From Chloroflexota bacterium (lineage in GTDB: Bacteria; Chloroflexota; Dehalococcoidia; Lucifugimonadales; UBA3495): a stretch of 64,000 nt of DNA. Position 1 is the first letter of the stretch. Each line of letters starts with the position of its first letter. A model generated the notes under the pieces. That model ran no database searches, had not been told where the DNA came from, and saw nothing but the letters and a program-made list of their open reading frames with translations. Below, piece after piece: positions 8,917 through 18,529 of this stretch. The DNA lies in the NCBI GenBank assembly GCA_027623675.1, contig JAQBVF010000002.1:103195-167194 (forward strand), read 5' to 3'. The position numbers and the translations under genes were made by a program.

Positions 8917-9696
8917 ATGCCTCCTAATCTTGTCGCCGCTACCGTCCGGCAGGGGTTGTTCACCCGCATCGTGGGCCGGCGGCTGCTGTATTACCCGGAG
9001 CTTGCTTCCACCATGGATGAGGCCGCCAAGCTGGGCGAGGGCGACGCCGATGAGGGCGCGGTGGTGGTGGCCGAGGTGCAGACCGCCGGCCGGGGTCGCC
9101 GTGGGCGCAGTTGGGTATCCCAACCCGGCAATTTGCTCGTGTCGGTCCTGTTCCGTCCCTCTTTGGAAGTCCTGCCGTTCATCAGTATTATCGGCGGGGT
9201 CGCCGCCGCCAGGGCTGTGCGCAAAGTGACCGGACTGGAACCCAAGATCAAATGGCCCAACGACCTGCTGATCAGCGGACGCAAGGCCGCCGGCATACTG
9301 GCCGAGAGCGCGGTCGCCGGGGATACCGTATGGTATGCTGTGCTCGGTCTAGGCATGAATGTGAGCCTGGACACCAGCCAGACGGCGGAGATTTCGTCCT
9401 TCGCGGTCAGCGTCAACGCGGCTGCCGGAAGGGAGGTCCCACGGGAAGATTTGCTTCGGCAGTTCCTGATGGACCTGGACGCCCTTTACCTGGCGCTCGG
9501 CCAAGGAGATTCACCCATCGCTGAGTGGCAGGACCTGTTGGAAACCACCGGGCAGCGGGTGACTGCAACCTGGGCCGACGACTCGTACACCGGCTTGGCC
9601 GAAGGCACTGACGAGTTGGGTAATCTGCTGCTGCGCCAGGACGATGGCGTTCTGCTGACCCTGACCGCCGGGGACGTAACGCTGAGCGGGCGATAA
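8917..9696 (+). CDS. birA: Biotin--[acetyl-CoA carboxylase] ligase (no HTH domain)
   Basis: 'QTAGRGRRGRSW', 'KWPNDL', 'RKAAGILAE', 'GLGMNV'. Confidence 0.93.
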   Translation: MPPNLVAATVRQGLFTRIVGRRLLYYPELASTMDEAAKLGEGDADEGAVVVAEVQTAGRGRRGRSWVSQPGNLLVSVLFRPSLEVLPFISIIGGVAAARAVRKVTGLEPKIKWPNDLLISGRKAAGILAESAVAGDTVWYAVLGLGMNVSLDTSQTAEISSFAVSVNAAAGREVPREDLLRQFLMDLDALYLALGQGDSPIAEWQDLLETTGQRVTATWADDSYTGLAEGTDELGNLLLRQDDGVLLTLTAGDVTLSGR

Positions 9697-9764
9697 TCGC
9701 CTTGGTTCCTGGCCCGGTTTTGCCGCAATCAAATCGCCGCCACAATTAGCTATCAGAGGAACAG

Positions 9765-10571
9765 ATGCTGGAATCACTTAGCCTGGATGGAACATCGGTT
9801 GTCATAACCGGCGGGGGCACCGGACTGGGCCGGGCCATGGTCCGGGACATGGCCCGCGCCGGCGCCAACCTGGTCATCGCCGGCCGCCGCACGGGTCCCA
9901 TCGAAGAGGCCGCCGCCGAGGCCATCAGCCTGGGCGTGGATGCAACTTCGGTGGCAACGGATGTGACCGACTCCGCACAGGTGGCAAACCTGATGCAGAC
10001 CTGCCTGGACCGCTTCGGCAAGATCGACGTCCTGCTGAATAACGCCGGGGCAGTGTCGGACAACGTCCGGAAGCCCATCTGGGAGCATACCGACGAGGAA
10101 TGGGACCGCATCATGCGGGTAAACCTCACCGGCGCTTTCTACTGCGCCCGCGAGGTGTCCCAGACCATGGTGACCCAGGAACACGGCAAGATCATCAACG
10201 TGGCTTCCGGGTTCGGCCTGCGGGGCGGCCGCGAGATCTATATGTACTGCTGCAGCAAGGGCGGCATGATCCAGCTCAGCCGGGTCCTGTCATTCAATCT
10301 GGCCCGGTACGGTATCACGGCCAACACCATAGTACCCGGCTTCGTGCCCACCGGCGCCACCGACACCATGGCCGCCAGCCTGCCGAGGGGCGGCGAATTC
10401 CTGCCCAACGGCAAGCTGGGCAAGCCCGCCGACTTTGGCCCCTTGGCCGTCTACCTGGCTTCGGCGGCGTCGGACTACATGACCGGGGAGATGTTCATCG
10501 CCGACGGCGGCGGCTTGGCTGCCGGCATCACGCCCACCGGCCACGCTCCGGTCATCGCTCTGGAAGCCTAA
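9765..10571 (+). CDS. Short-chain dehydrogenase/reductase
   Basis: TGGGTGLG, NNAG and YCCSK motifs. Confidence 0.9.
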   Translation: MLESLSLDGTSVVITGGGTGLGRAMVRDMARAGANLVIAGRRTGPIEEAAAEAISLGVDATSVATDVTDSAQVANLMQTCLDRFGKIDVLLNNAGAVSDNVRKPIWEHTDEEWDRIMRVNLTGAFYCAREVSQTMVTQEHGKIINVASGFGLRGGREIYMYCCSKGGMIQLSRVLSFNLARYGITANTIVPGFVPTGATDTMAASLPRGGEFLPNGKLGKPADFGPLAVYLASAASDYMTGEMFIADGGGLAAGITPTGHAPVIALEA

Positions 10572-10632
10572 CCAGCAACTTTTAGACCAAGTCTGGGGCC
10601 CAAACAACGGCCCCGGTTTCAGGAGAGAATCA

Positions 10633-11400
10633 ATGCCGGTCCTACCCGAGTACGACCTATCCGGCAAGACGGCCATCTTGGCGACCTCAGGCGGGGGTGA
10701 GGCTCCCTTCCTGGCCCAGGCCCTGGTTGAGGGCGGCGCCAGCGTGTTCGCCGTGGCCCGCACTCAGGCGCTTCTCGACGCCGTGCTTGGCTCACTGCCG
10801 GCTGGTTCCAGCGGCGCGGTGATGGACGCCAACGACCCCGGCAGCGCCAAGCAGGTCATGGAGCGGTTCGACCGGGCGTACGGCGGCCAGTCCTCCGGCA
10901 AGATTGACATACTGGTTAACGACGCCCGCAGCATGTACGCCCAGGCACTGGAGCAGATCAGCGTTGACGAGTGGGACTCCGTCCAGACCCGGAACGCCAA
11001 GGCGCCATTCCTGCTTTCCCAGCAGGTGCTGCCGCGCATGGCCAAGGCCGAGTACGGCCGGGTGGTAAACATGATCTCCGAACTGGCCGAACGGGGCATG
11101 ATCAACGGCTCGGCATTTGCCGCCAGCCAGGCCTCGGTGTTGGCCCTGACCCGTTCTTTGGCGGTTGAATGGAGCCGGTTCAACATCCGGATCAACGCCA
11201 TCGGCACCGGCTGGATCGACACCCAGGGGCAGACCCTGGAGGAGCAGCGGGAAGAATTGCTGGTCCGCTACATCCCCCTCCGGCGCAAGGGCAGCCCCGG
11301 CGACATCGGCCCCCTCCTCGTCTACCTGTGCTCCGAGTCCTGCGATTACTCCACCGGACAGCCGGTGTATGTCGATGGCGGCCTGAACGCCCACCCTTAG
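10633..11400 (+). CDS. Atypical SDR (degenerate Gly motif, YxxxK replaced by FAASQ)
   Basis: SDR fold signatures 'IRINAIGTGWIDT' and 'TGQPVYVDGG'. The catalytic Tyr and Lys are absent. Confidence 0.8.
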   Translation: MPVLPEYDLSGKTAILATSGGGEAPFLAQALVEGGASVFAVARTQALLDAVLGSLPAGSSGAVMDANDPGSAKQVMERFDRAYGGQSSGKIDILVNDARSMYAQALEQISVDEWDSVQTRNAKAPFLLSQQVLPRMAKAEYGRVVNMISELAERGMINGSAFAASQASVLALTRSLAVEWSRFNIRINAIGTGWIDTQGQTLEEQREELLVRYIPLRRKGSPGDIGPLLVYLCSESCDYSTGQPVYVDGGLNAHP

Positions 11401-11557
11401 CCCGGTCCGGGCCTGAACCAGCCTTTCGGGCGTCCGTTCGAATCTTGGATGTAACGCCTGGGCTGATGTACAATGATTCCAGCCCAAAGGCGTCTCCAAT
11501 CTTTCGAGCCGCCCTTATCATTTTGACCAAGTTTTCTACCTTTCCCTGCGTAAAACA

Positions 11558-12784
11558 ATGTTCCGCCAACCTACCCAATCCACCAAACCCGTCTCCCGGC
11601 TGCAGGGCATGAACGACCTGTCTGAAGACGCTTGGCGCGGCCGGCTGGGGCTTCAAGACCGGCTCGGCCAGCTTCTCGGCAGCTACGGTTACAGCCTGTT
11701 GGAGACCCCGGTCTTGGAATCCACCGAGCTGTTTCTACGGAAGTCTGGCGGTGAGTTGGCCTCCCAGCTGTACAGTTTCATCGACGCCGGCAGCAACCAC
11801 GTAAGTCTGCGTCCCGAGTTCACCTCGCCCATCATGCGGCACTATCTGGAGAACGCGGCCGGCATCGGCCTGCCAGCCCGGTGGCGGTACTGCGGCCCGG
11901 TGTTCCGGTTCGACGAGTCTCACCCCGAGGCCAGCGGACAGTTCACCCAGGTGGGCGGCGAATTGATCGGCTCATCGGACATCTCAGCCGACATTGAGCT
12001 ACTGAACCTGGCCATTTCCGTGCCCGCCAAATTGGCACTGGACGGCTGGAGTCTGCGGCTGGCCGACCTGGATATCTTGGACAGTTTGCTGGACCCGTTG
12101 GGTGTTTCCGAACGGGCCAGGTCGTTCATCATCCAGAGCATGCCCCGCCTGCGGGAAGGGCACGGCGCCGTATCCAAGCTGGTGGAGGAAGGCCGCCGTC
12201 TGCATCTGGCCGGCGGCGACGGTTCCGGAGACGGTGAAGAAGCCGCTCTGCACCAGGCGGTCCAGGGATTGAACGACGACCAGGCCCGGTCCGTATTGCT
12301 GGGCCTGTTGCGATGGAACTCGGCCGACCACCTGGGGCAGCGGACCCCGGAGGACGTGGTGGAGCGTCTGCTCCGCAAGATACGGGGCGCCGACAGCGAG
12401 GACAAGCTTCGGCAGGGCTTGGAGTTGGCCAGCGACCTAGCGGTTATCAAGGGCGAACCCCAAGCGGCGCTGGAATCGGTCAACGCTGTTCTGGCATCGG
12501 CCGGCGCCAACCGGAACGCAGCCAGTCGCTTGACGGAGATAATCGGCCTGATGGCAGACGGGCAAGATGCCAAGGGCAGGGTTGTGTTGGACTTCAGCCT
12601 GGTCCGCGGCCTGGCCTACTACAACGGCGTGATATTCGAGGTCAGCCATCCCGGTTGGCCAGGACCTTTGGGCGGCGGCGGCCGGTACGACAACCTATCT
12701 CGGGCGCTGGGCGGCAGCGACGCGGTCCCGGCCCTTGGCTTTGCCTATAACCTGGACGCCCTCATCGCCCTGGGCGCAGGCTAG
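11558..12784 (+). CDS. hisZ: ATP phosphoribosyltransferase regulatory subunit HisZ
   Basis: HisRS-like motifs 'LRPEFTSPIMR', 'GPVFR', 'QVGGELIG', 'RGLAYYNG', 'GGGGRYD'. No anticodon domain, and it directly precedes hisG. Confidence 0.88.
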   Translation: MFRQPTQSTKPVSRLQGMNDLSEDAWRGRLGLQDRLGQLLGSYGYSLLETPVLESTELFLRKSGGELASQLYSFIDAGSNHVSLRPEFTSPIMRHYLENAAGIGLPARWRYCGPVFRFDESHPEASGQFTQVGGELIGSSDISADIELLNLAISVPAKLALDGWSLRLADLDILDSLLDPLGVSERARSFIIQSMPRLREGHGAVSKLVEEGRRLHLAGGDGSGDGEEAALHQAVQGLNDDQARSVLLGLLRWNSADHLGQRTPEDVVERLLRKIRGADSEDKLRQGLELASDLAVIKGEPQAALESVNAVLASAGANRNAASRLTEIIGLMADGQDAKGRVVLDFSLVRGLAYYNGVIFEVSHPGWPGPLGGGGRYDNLSRALGGSDAVPALGFAYNLDALIALGAG

Positions 12785-12793
12785 GCCAGGACC

Positions 12794-13837
12794 ATGACCA
12801 TTCAAGACGAGAATAAGAACCGGAGCGATGGCCCCCTGCGCATCGTCCTGCCCAGCGACGGCGAACTGTACGACTCGACCACCGCCTTCATGCGCGCCTG
12901 CGGCCTGGCGGTATCCCGGCCCAACGCCCGGCGCTATACCGGCTCGGTCCCGGCGATACCCGGCGTTGAGGTCCTTTTCCAACGATCGGGGGACGTCACC
13001 CAAAAAGTGGAAGAAGGCAGTGCCGAACTGGGCGTAACGGGCCTGGACAGGGTGCTGGAATACCGCAACGACGAGGCACGGGCGGCGGTGTTGATTGACG
13101 ACCTGCGCTACGGCCGCTGCGAGTTTGTCATGGCCGTGCCCAACTCCTGGATGGACGTGACTTCATTGTCTGACCTGGCCGACCTGGCTCTGGAATTCAG
13201 GCAGGAGGGCAAGCAACTCCGCATCGCCACCAAGTATCCCCGGCTGCTTCGCAGCTACCTCTACGAACGGGGCATCAATTTCTTCACTCTGGTGCCGGCC
13301 AGCGGCGCCATGGAAGCAGCCCCGGCAGCGGGTTACGCCGACCTGATAGCCGACCTTACGGCCACCGGCGCCACCCTGAGAGAGAACCAGCTCAAGATGC
13401 TGGAAGAGGGCACGATCCTCACCTCCCAGGCCTGCCTGATCGCCAATCCGGTGCTGCTGTCGGCCTCGAGAGAGATTCGAGGCATGGCCCGGTCGATCGT
13501 CGAATTGATGGAGGGTCACCTGAGGGCAGAACCCTACTACCGCGTCACCGCCAATGTGCGGGCAGGTTCGGCTGAGGAAGCCAGCGCCACGGTCCTGACC
13601 CGCCCCGACCTGGCCGGCCTGCGCGGCCCCACCGTCGCCAGGGTCTACAACGTGGAAGAACAGGACTGGTTCAACGTGAGCCTGCTGATCAAGAAGGGCA
13701 AGCTATTGGAAGCGGTTGACCACCTGAGAGGCTGCGGCGCCATCGACGTGGCCGCGTCCCAACTCAGCTACCTGTTCGACGGCCATTCCGAGGCCTACAG
13801 GTCGTTGTTCGGTGAGGAATCCGCCACCCGGAACTAA
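12794..13837 (+). CDS. hisG: ATP phosphoribosyltransferase, long form with C-terminal regulatory domain
   Basis: 'ELGVTGLD', 'RIATKYP', 'GAMEAAP..GYADLIADLTATGATLRENQL', and C-terminal 'GLRGPTV'. Confidence 0.93.
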   Translation: MTIQDENKNRSDGPLRIVLPSDGELYDSTTAFMRACGLAVSRPNARRYTGSVPAIPGVEVLFQRSGDVTQKVEEGSAELGVTGLDRVLEYRNDEARAAVLIDDLRYGRCEFVMAVPNSWMDVTSLSDLADLALEFRQEGKQLRIATKYPRLLRSYLYERGINFFTLVPASGAMEAAPAAGYADLIADLTATGATLRENQLKMLEEGTILTSQACLIANPVLLSASREIRGMARSIVELMEGHLRAEPYYRVTANVRAGSAEEASATVLTRPDLAGLRGPTVARVYNVEEQDWFNVSLLIKKGKLLEAVDHLRGCGAIDVAASQLSYLFDGHSEAYRSLFGEESATRN

Positions 13838-13856
13838 CCCGCAGGGTCTAGAAGAA

Positions 13857-14615
13857 ATGCCAAACCTGCCGATGCACATATACCTGGCCAATCTGGCTGC
13901 AGAGGAGCTGGACCGTGGTTACTTACACGACCACCGGGGCAGCTTTTATCTGGGTTCGACTGCTCCGGACATCCGCGCCATGACCAGGAAACCCAGGGAG
14001 CTGACCCACTTCGCGCCCCTGTCGGTGGAGGAAGTCGGCACCGGGACCAGGACCATGTTCCAGATGCATCCCGAGTTGAGCGACGCGTTGACGCCGGCCT
14101 CTCAGGCGTTCTTGGCTGGCTACATCTGCCATCTGGCGGCGGACGAGATCTGGATCACCAGCGTGTTCCGGCACAATTTCGACACGTCTTTGGAAGACAG
14201 CCGCTTGACCGACGACGAGGTGCAAGCCAACATCTGGGACCGCGCGATGCAACTGGACCTGGACCGTCAGACCCTCAGCCAGTTCGACGGGGACAATCAC
14301 CCGAAACGGCTGTTAGCCTGCTCCGATCAGGACGTGTCCATGCCTTTCTTTGAAGACGGCCTTCTGGCAGAGTGGAAGGACCGGGTTGGGCGGTTCGCTG
14401 TCTGGGAGTTCAACTGGGACCGATTGAAAAGCGCCCTCAACCGGCTGTACCGTGATGACGAACAGGTGCAACAGGCCGTGGAGAAGTTCCTGGATGGGAT
14501 GCCACGCAGTCTGGAACAGGTCTACAAGAAAGTCCCCGAGGGCGAGATCTCGGCCTACCAGCAACGGGCCGTGTCCGCCACCATCGACCAAGTCCGGGAG
14601 TTTATGCCGGAGTAG
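13857..14615 (+). CDS. Zinc-dependent phospholipase C-family protein
   Basis: N-terminal 'MPNLPMH', 'GSTAPDI', 'THF' and 'GYICHLAADEIW' metal-ligand pattern. Confidence 0.72.
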   Translation: MPNLPMHIYLANLAAEELDRGYLHDHRGSFYLGSTAPDIRAMTRKPRELTHFAPLSVEEVGTGTRTMFQMHPELSDALTPASQAFLAGYICHLAADEIWITSVFRHNFDTSLEDSRLTDDEVQANIWDRAMQLDLDRQTLSQFDGDNHPKRLLACSDQDVSMPFFEDGLLAEWKDRVGRFAVWEFNWDRLKSALNRLYRDDEQVQQAVEKFLDGMPRSLEQVYKKVPEGEISAYQQRAVSATIDQVREFMPE

Positions 14616-14644
14616 AATGGGCAACGGATATAGGGAGAATCAAC

Positions 14645-15976
14645 GTGGCGCTTAATGTGATACATGGAGTCAAGAACGCCGAGAACGTTCTGGTCCGCAT
14701 CGACCCTTTGGACCTGGACTCATTACCCGAGTCAGTGCTGGCTCGGACCGAGGCCGCCTTCGGCAAAGGCGTGACCCCGCTTCAGTCGATCAACCAGATG
14801 CTGGACGACGTGCGCCGGGAGGGCGACGCCGCGGTGTTACGCTACGCCAAACTCCTAGACGGCTCGGACCTGGAAGAGTTCCGGGTGACCGAAGCCCAGA
14901 TGGCCCAGGCCAGAGATTCGATCAGCAAGGAACTTCGGGAGGCGTTGGAGATGGCCGCTGACCGGGTGCGGAGCTTCCACGAATCCACCATGCCCAAAGA
15001 CTGGATCGACCGCGAACAGGGCCTTGGCGAATTGGTCCGCCCCCTGGACCGGGTCGGCCTCTACGCCCCCGGCGGCAGCGCCGCCTACCCTTCCACCGTG
15101 CTGATGACCGCCGTGCCGGCCAGGGTGGCCGGCGTCCGTGAGGTCATCCTCTGCACACCGCCCCTCCGTGGGGAATCGCTGAATCCAGCCGTGATTGCCG
15201 CCGCCGAGATCGCCGGGGTCGACGCCCTCTATCAGGTGGGCGGAGTGCCTGCCATCGCGGCCATGGCCTACGGCACCAAGTCGATCCCCAAGGTGGACAA
15301 GATATGCGGGCCCGGCAACGTCTTCGTGGCGATGGCCAAGAAACTAGTCCAGGGCCAGGTGGCCATCGACGGCGTATTCGGCCCAACCGAGACGATCGTG
15401 CTGGCCGATGACACCGCCAACGCCTATTTCTGCGCGGCCGACCTCATAGCCCAGGCCGAACACGACCCGCTGGCCACGGCCATCATGATCACAACCAGCC
15501 AGGACCTGATCAACCGCACCGAAGCGGAGGTCGACCGGATGCTGGCCTCCCAGCCCAGAGGCGACGTGGCCAAAGCAGCTTTGGACCGTCAGGGCAGGGT
15601 TGTCTTGGTGGACTCGCTGGACGAAGCCGTTGACCTGGTGAACCGGATAGCCCCAGAGCACCTGTGCCTGCTGGTGGCGGACCCCTGGTCCTGGGTCGGC
15701 AAGATCAAGCACGCCGGCGGCCTGTTCCTTGGCGAGTTCTCGCCGGAGGTCATGGGCGACTATATCGCCGGGCCCAGCCACGTCATGCCCACCGGGGGCA
15801 CCGCCAGGTTCGGTTCCGCCCTGAGCGTGCACCATTTCCTGCGCACCATGCCGGTGGTCGGTCTCAGCCCCACCGAGTTCAAAAAGCTGGGCCGGGCCGC
15901 CGTGCACATCGCCGACGCCGAAGGACTCTCCGGGCACGCCACCGCCATCCAGGTCAGACTGGACTCGCTGAACTAA
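14645..15976 (+). CDS. hisD: Histidinol dehydrogenase
   Basis: 'GLYAPGG.AAYPSTVLM', 'DKICGPGN', 'AQAEHD', 'APEHL', 'GDYIAGPSHVMPT'. Confidence 0.97.
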   Translation: MALNVIHGVKNAENVLVRIDPLDLDSLPESVLARTEAAFGKGVTPLQSINQMLDDVRREGDAAVLRYAKLLDGSDLEEFRVTEAQMAQARDSISKELREALEMAADRVRSFHESTMPKDWIDREQGLGELVRPLDRVGLYAPGGSAAYPSTVLMTAVPARVAGVREVILCTPPLRGESLNPAVIAAAEIAGVDALYQVGGVPAIAAMAYGTKSIPKVDKICGPGNVFVAMAKKLVQGQVAIDGVFGPTETIVLADDTANAYFCAADLIAQAEHDPLATAIMITTSQDLINRTEAEVDRMLASQPRGDVAKAALDRQGRVVLVDSLDEAVDLVNRIAPEHLCLLVADPWSWVGKIKHAGGLFLGEFSPEVMGDYIAGPSHVMPTGGTARFGSALSVHHFLRTMPVVGLSPTEFKKLGRAAVHIADAEGLSGHATAIQVRLDSLN

Positions 15977-16012
15977 GGCGCATGCGTGCCAGCATGATCC
16001 GGCAATCCACCA

Positions 16013-17131
16013 ATGGCCCAGAGCGCAATGAATCAGAATAAATCATCAAATAAACTGCCGCCCATGTTGCCCCACATCCAAGCCTTGGAAACATATCAGG
16101 GCGTGGACCCCATGGAAGTCATGGCCGAGCGGGCCGGTATCGCCCCCGACAAGATCATCCGCCTGAACGGCAATGAGAACCCGTATGGGCCTTCGCCCAA
16201 CGTTGCCGCGGCTTTGGGCGGGTATCCCAATTTCAACTACTACCCCGACCCCGACCAGCGCACCCTGCGCCGGGTGCTTTCAGGCTATATGAACGTTGAG
16301 CCGGAGCGGATCGTGGCCGGAAACGGCAGCGACGAGCTGATTGACCTGCTGCTGCGGATGTACGTGGGCATCGGCGACAACGTAATCGTTCCCTCGCCGA
16401 CCTTCGGCATGTACTCGTTCTCGGCGGGCATCTGCGGCGGCAAGGCCATCGCGGTGGAGCGCGACGATAACTTCGAGATTGACTTGGAGGCGATGAAGGC
16501 GGCCATCACCCCCCAGAGCAAGATCATCTTCCTGACCTCGCCCAACAACCCCACCGGCAACATCGTTCCAGAGGCCCAGACCAGGGCATTGCTGGACACC
16601 GGGCTGATCGTGGTGATGGACGAAGCCTACTTCGAGTTCTGCGGCGACACCGCCATCCCGCTGCTGGCCGATTACCCGAACCTGGTGGTGCTGCGTACCT
16701 TCAGCAAATGGGCCGGACTGGCCGGATTGCGCATCGGAGTCGGCGCCATGGACCCCGAACTGGCCGCAACCATGATGGCCATGAAGCCGCCCTACAACGT
16801 GAACCTGGCCGCCGAGGTCGCCCTGATCTCGTCCCTGGAAGACACGCCGGGGCTGCTGGTCCGGGTGAAGCAGATCGTGGATGAGCGCGACCGGATGATG
16901 CAGATGTTGCAGCAGGTCCCCAACCTGACCCCCTGGCCGTCACGAGCCAACTTCATACTCTGTCAGGTGCCCGAGGGCCGGGGCCAAGAGGTATTCGACG
17001 GCCTGTGCAGCCGGGGGATTTTCCTGCGGTATTGGAGCAGCGGCCGGTTGAAGGACTACATCCGCACCAGCGTCGGGCTGCCCCATGAGACCGACGCCGT
17101 GGTGGCGGCTTTCGCGGAATTATGCGCTTAG
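16013..17131 (+). CDS. hisC: Histidinol-phosphate aminotransferase
   Basis: 'LNGNENPYGP', 'GNGSDELI', 'SPNNPTG', 'DEAY', 'RTFSKWAGLAGLRIG'. Confidence 0.95.
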   Translation: MAQSAMNQNKSSNKLPPMLPHIQALETYQGVDPMEVMAERAGIAPDKIIRLNGNENPYGPSPNVAAALGGYPNFNYYPDPDQRTLRRVLSGYMNVEPERIVAGNGSDELIDLLLRMYVGIGDNVIVPSPTFGMYSFSAGICGGKAIAVERDDNFEIDLEAMKAAITPQSKIIFLTSPNNPTGNIVPEAQTRALLDTGLIVVMDEAYFEFCGDTAIPLLADYPNLVVLRTFSKWAGLAGLRIGVGAMDPELAATMMAMKPPYNVNLAAEVALISSLEDTPGLLVRVKQIVDERDRMMQMLQQVPNLTPWPSRANFILCQVPEGRGQEVFDGLCSRGIFLRYWSSGRLKDYIRTSVGLPHETDAVVAAFAELCA

Positions 17132-17162
17132 CCGGCTCGCCTGATCAGATTGCTCCAGCCAT

Positions 17163-17210
17163 GTGCCCTACCCAGTCCCTAAACGTGTGCCCAACCGTGT
17201 GCCTAACCAT
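17163..17210 (+). repeat. Degenerate 12-bp tandem repeat (4 copies) in the hisC-hisB spacer
   Basis: GTGCCCTACCCA GTCCCTAAACGT GTGCCCAACCGT GTGCCTAACCAT. Confidence 0.6.
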
Positions 17211-17222
17211 ATGGAGAAAGTG

Positions 17223-17840
17223 ATGGCGTCTACCCCTACCAACAATGGCCGGACAGCGGCTATTGAACGCAAGACCAGCGAGACCGAGATATCCCTGAGC
17301 CTGAACCTAGACGGGACCGGCGTCTACGACGTGGACACCGGCAACGGGTTCCTCGACCACATGGTCAGCCAGATATCCCGGCACGGATTGATCGACATAA
17401 CACTGAAAGCCAAAGGCGATCTTCACGTGGGTTGGCACCACCTGGTGGAGGACGTGGCGATCACGCTGGGGCGGGCGTTCAACGAGGCTTTGGGCGAGGC
17501 GCGGGGCATCCGCCGCATGGGCCACGCCATAGTTCCCCTGGATGAGACGCTGGCCATGGTGGCGCTGGACTGCAGCGGACGGGGTTACGCCGTGATCGAA
17601 ACAACCCTGGACGACACCATGGTGGAGACGCTGCCCGGCGCGTTGGTGAAACACTTCTTCGAGTCATTCGCGCTGGAAGGCAAGATAAACCTCCACGCTC
17701 AGATCATGACCGGCACCAGCCCCCACCACAAGGCCGAAGCGCTCTGCAAAGCCCTGGCCCGCTCCCTGCGCGACGCGTTGGAGCCGGACCCCCGCGCCCC
17801 GTCCCAGATACCCAGCACCAAGGGCACTCTGAGCGGCTAG
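17223..17840 (+). CDS. hisB: Imidazoleglycerol-phosphate dehydratase (monofunctional)
   Basis: 'RKTSET', 'GFLDHM', 'HHLVED', 'HHKAEA', 'PSTKG'. No phosphatase domain. Confidence 0.96.
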   Translation: MASTPTNNGRTAAIERKTSETEISLSLNLDGTGVYDVDTGNGFLDHMVSQISRHGLIDITLKAKGDLHVGWHHLVEDVAITLGRAFNEALGEARGIRRMGHAIVPLDETLAMVALDCSGRGYAVIETTLDDTMVETLPGALVKHFFESFALEGKINLHAQIMTGTSPHHKAEALCKALARSLRDALEPDPRAPSQIPSTKGTLSG

Positions 17841-18514
17841 GTGCGAGTGGCGACCCACAGGAAATAATATCCGCCGCCTTTACGTCCGCTGCGGGCGCGT
17901 GCCTTAACTTCCTCGACCTTGAATCCGGTCTTGATCAGCCTTCTGGTAAACGCTGGGTCAGGATCGGTTGACCAGATGGACAAAACGCCTTGCGGCCGCA
18001 GAGCGGCGAAAGACGCTTCCAGGCCGTTATTGCCATAGATCCAGTCATTGCCCTCCTGGGTCATTGCCTGCGGGCCATTGTCGACGTCGAGCATGATAGC
18101 GTTGTAATCACCCTTGCCGTCCTTTATCATCTGCGCGACATCGGTCACCCGGACCGTGACCCGGCCATCATCAAGTGGACTACGGGCGAGATGAGCAAGG
18201 AAGTCCCGGTTCCACTGCACCACTTCGGGCACTATCTCGGCGACTACAACTTGGGCGTCGGCTTTGAGTTCATCCAGGGCCGATCTCAGGGTGTAACCCA
18301 GCCCCAGACCGCCGATCAGGACCCTGACCTCCGGGAAGACGGCGATCTTTTCACAGGCGAGTTTGGCTAAAGCGTCTTCCGATCCATGGACCTGACTGTT
18401 CATGAGTTCCCGGTTGTCAGCTTTGATCGAGAACTCAGTGTCCCGCTGGTACAACCGGAGCTCAACCCCGTTCCGAGACGTCTTTGCAGTGCCGAGCAAC
18501 TTCCAGGGAATCAT
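17837..18514 (-). CDS. Spermidine-synthase-like SAM-dependent methyltransferase-fold protein
   Basis: 'LMNS..HGSE.ALA', 'VLIGGLGLGYTL', 'IMLDVDNGP'. Confidence 0.8.
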   Translation of the reverse strand: MIPWKLLGTAKTSRNGVELRLYQRDTEFSIKADNRELMNSQVHGSEDALAKLACEKIAVFPEVRVLIGGLGLGYTLRSALDELKADAQVVVAEIVPEVVQWNRDFLAHLARSPLDDGRVTVRVTDVAQMIKDGKGDYNAIMLDVDNGPQAMTQEGNDWIYGNNGLEASFAALRPQGVLSIWSTDPDPAFTRRLIKTGFKVEEVKARARSGRKGGGYYFLWVATRT

Positions 18515-18529
18515 GGGTTACTCTACACC

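Noticed and set aside
11558..12784. Histidyl-tRNA synthetase (hisS)
   Set aside because: It lacks the C-terminal anticodon-binding domain and directly precedes hisG, so HisZ fits better.
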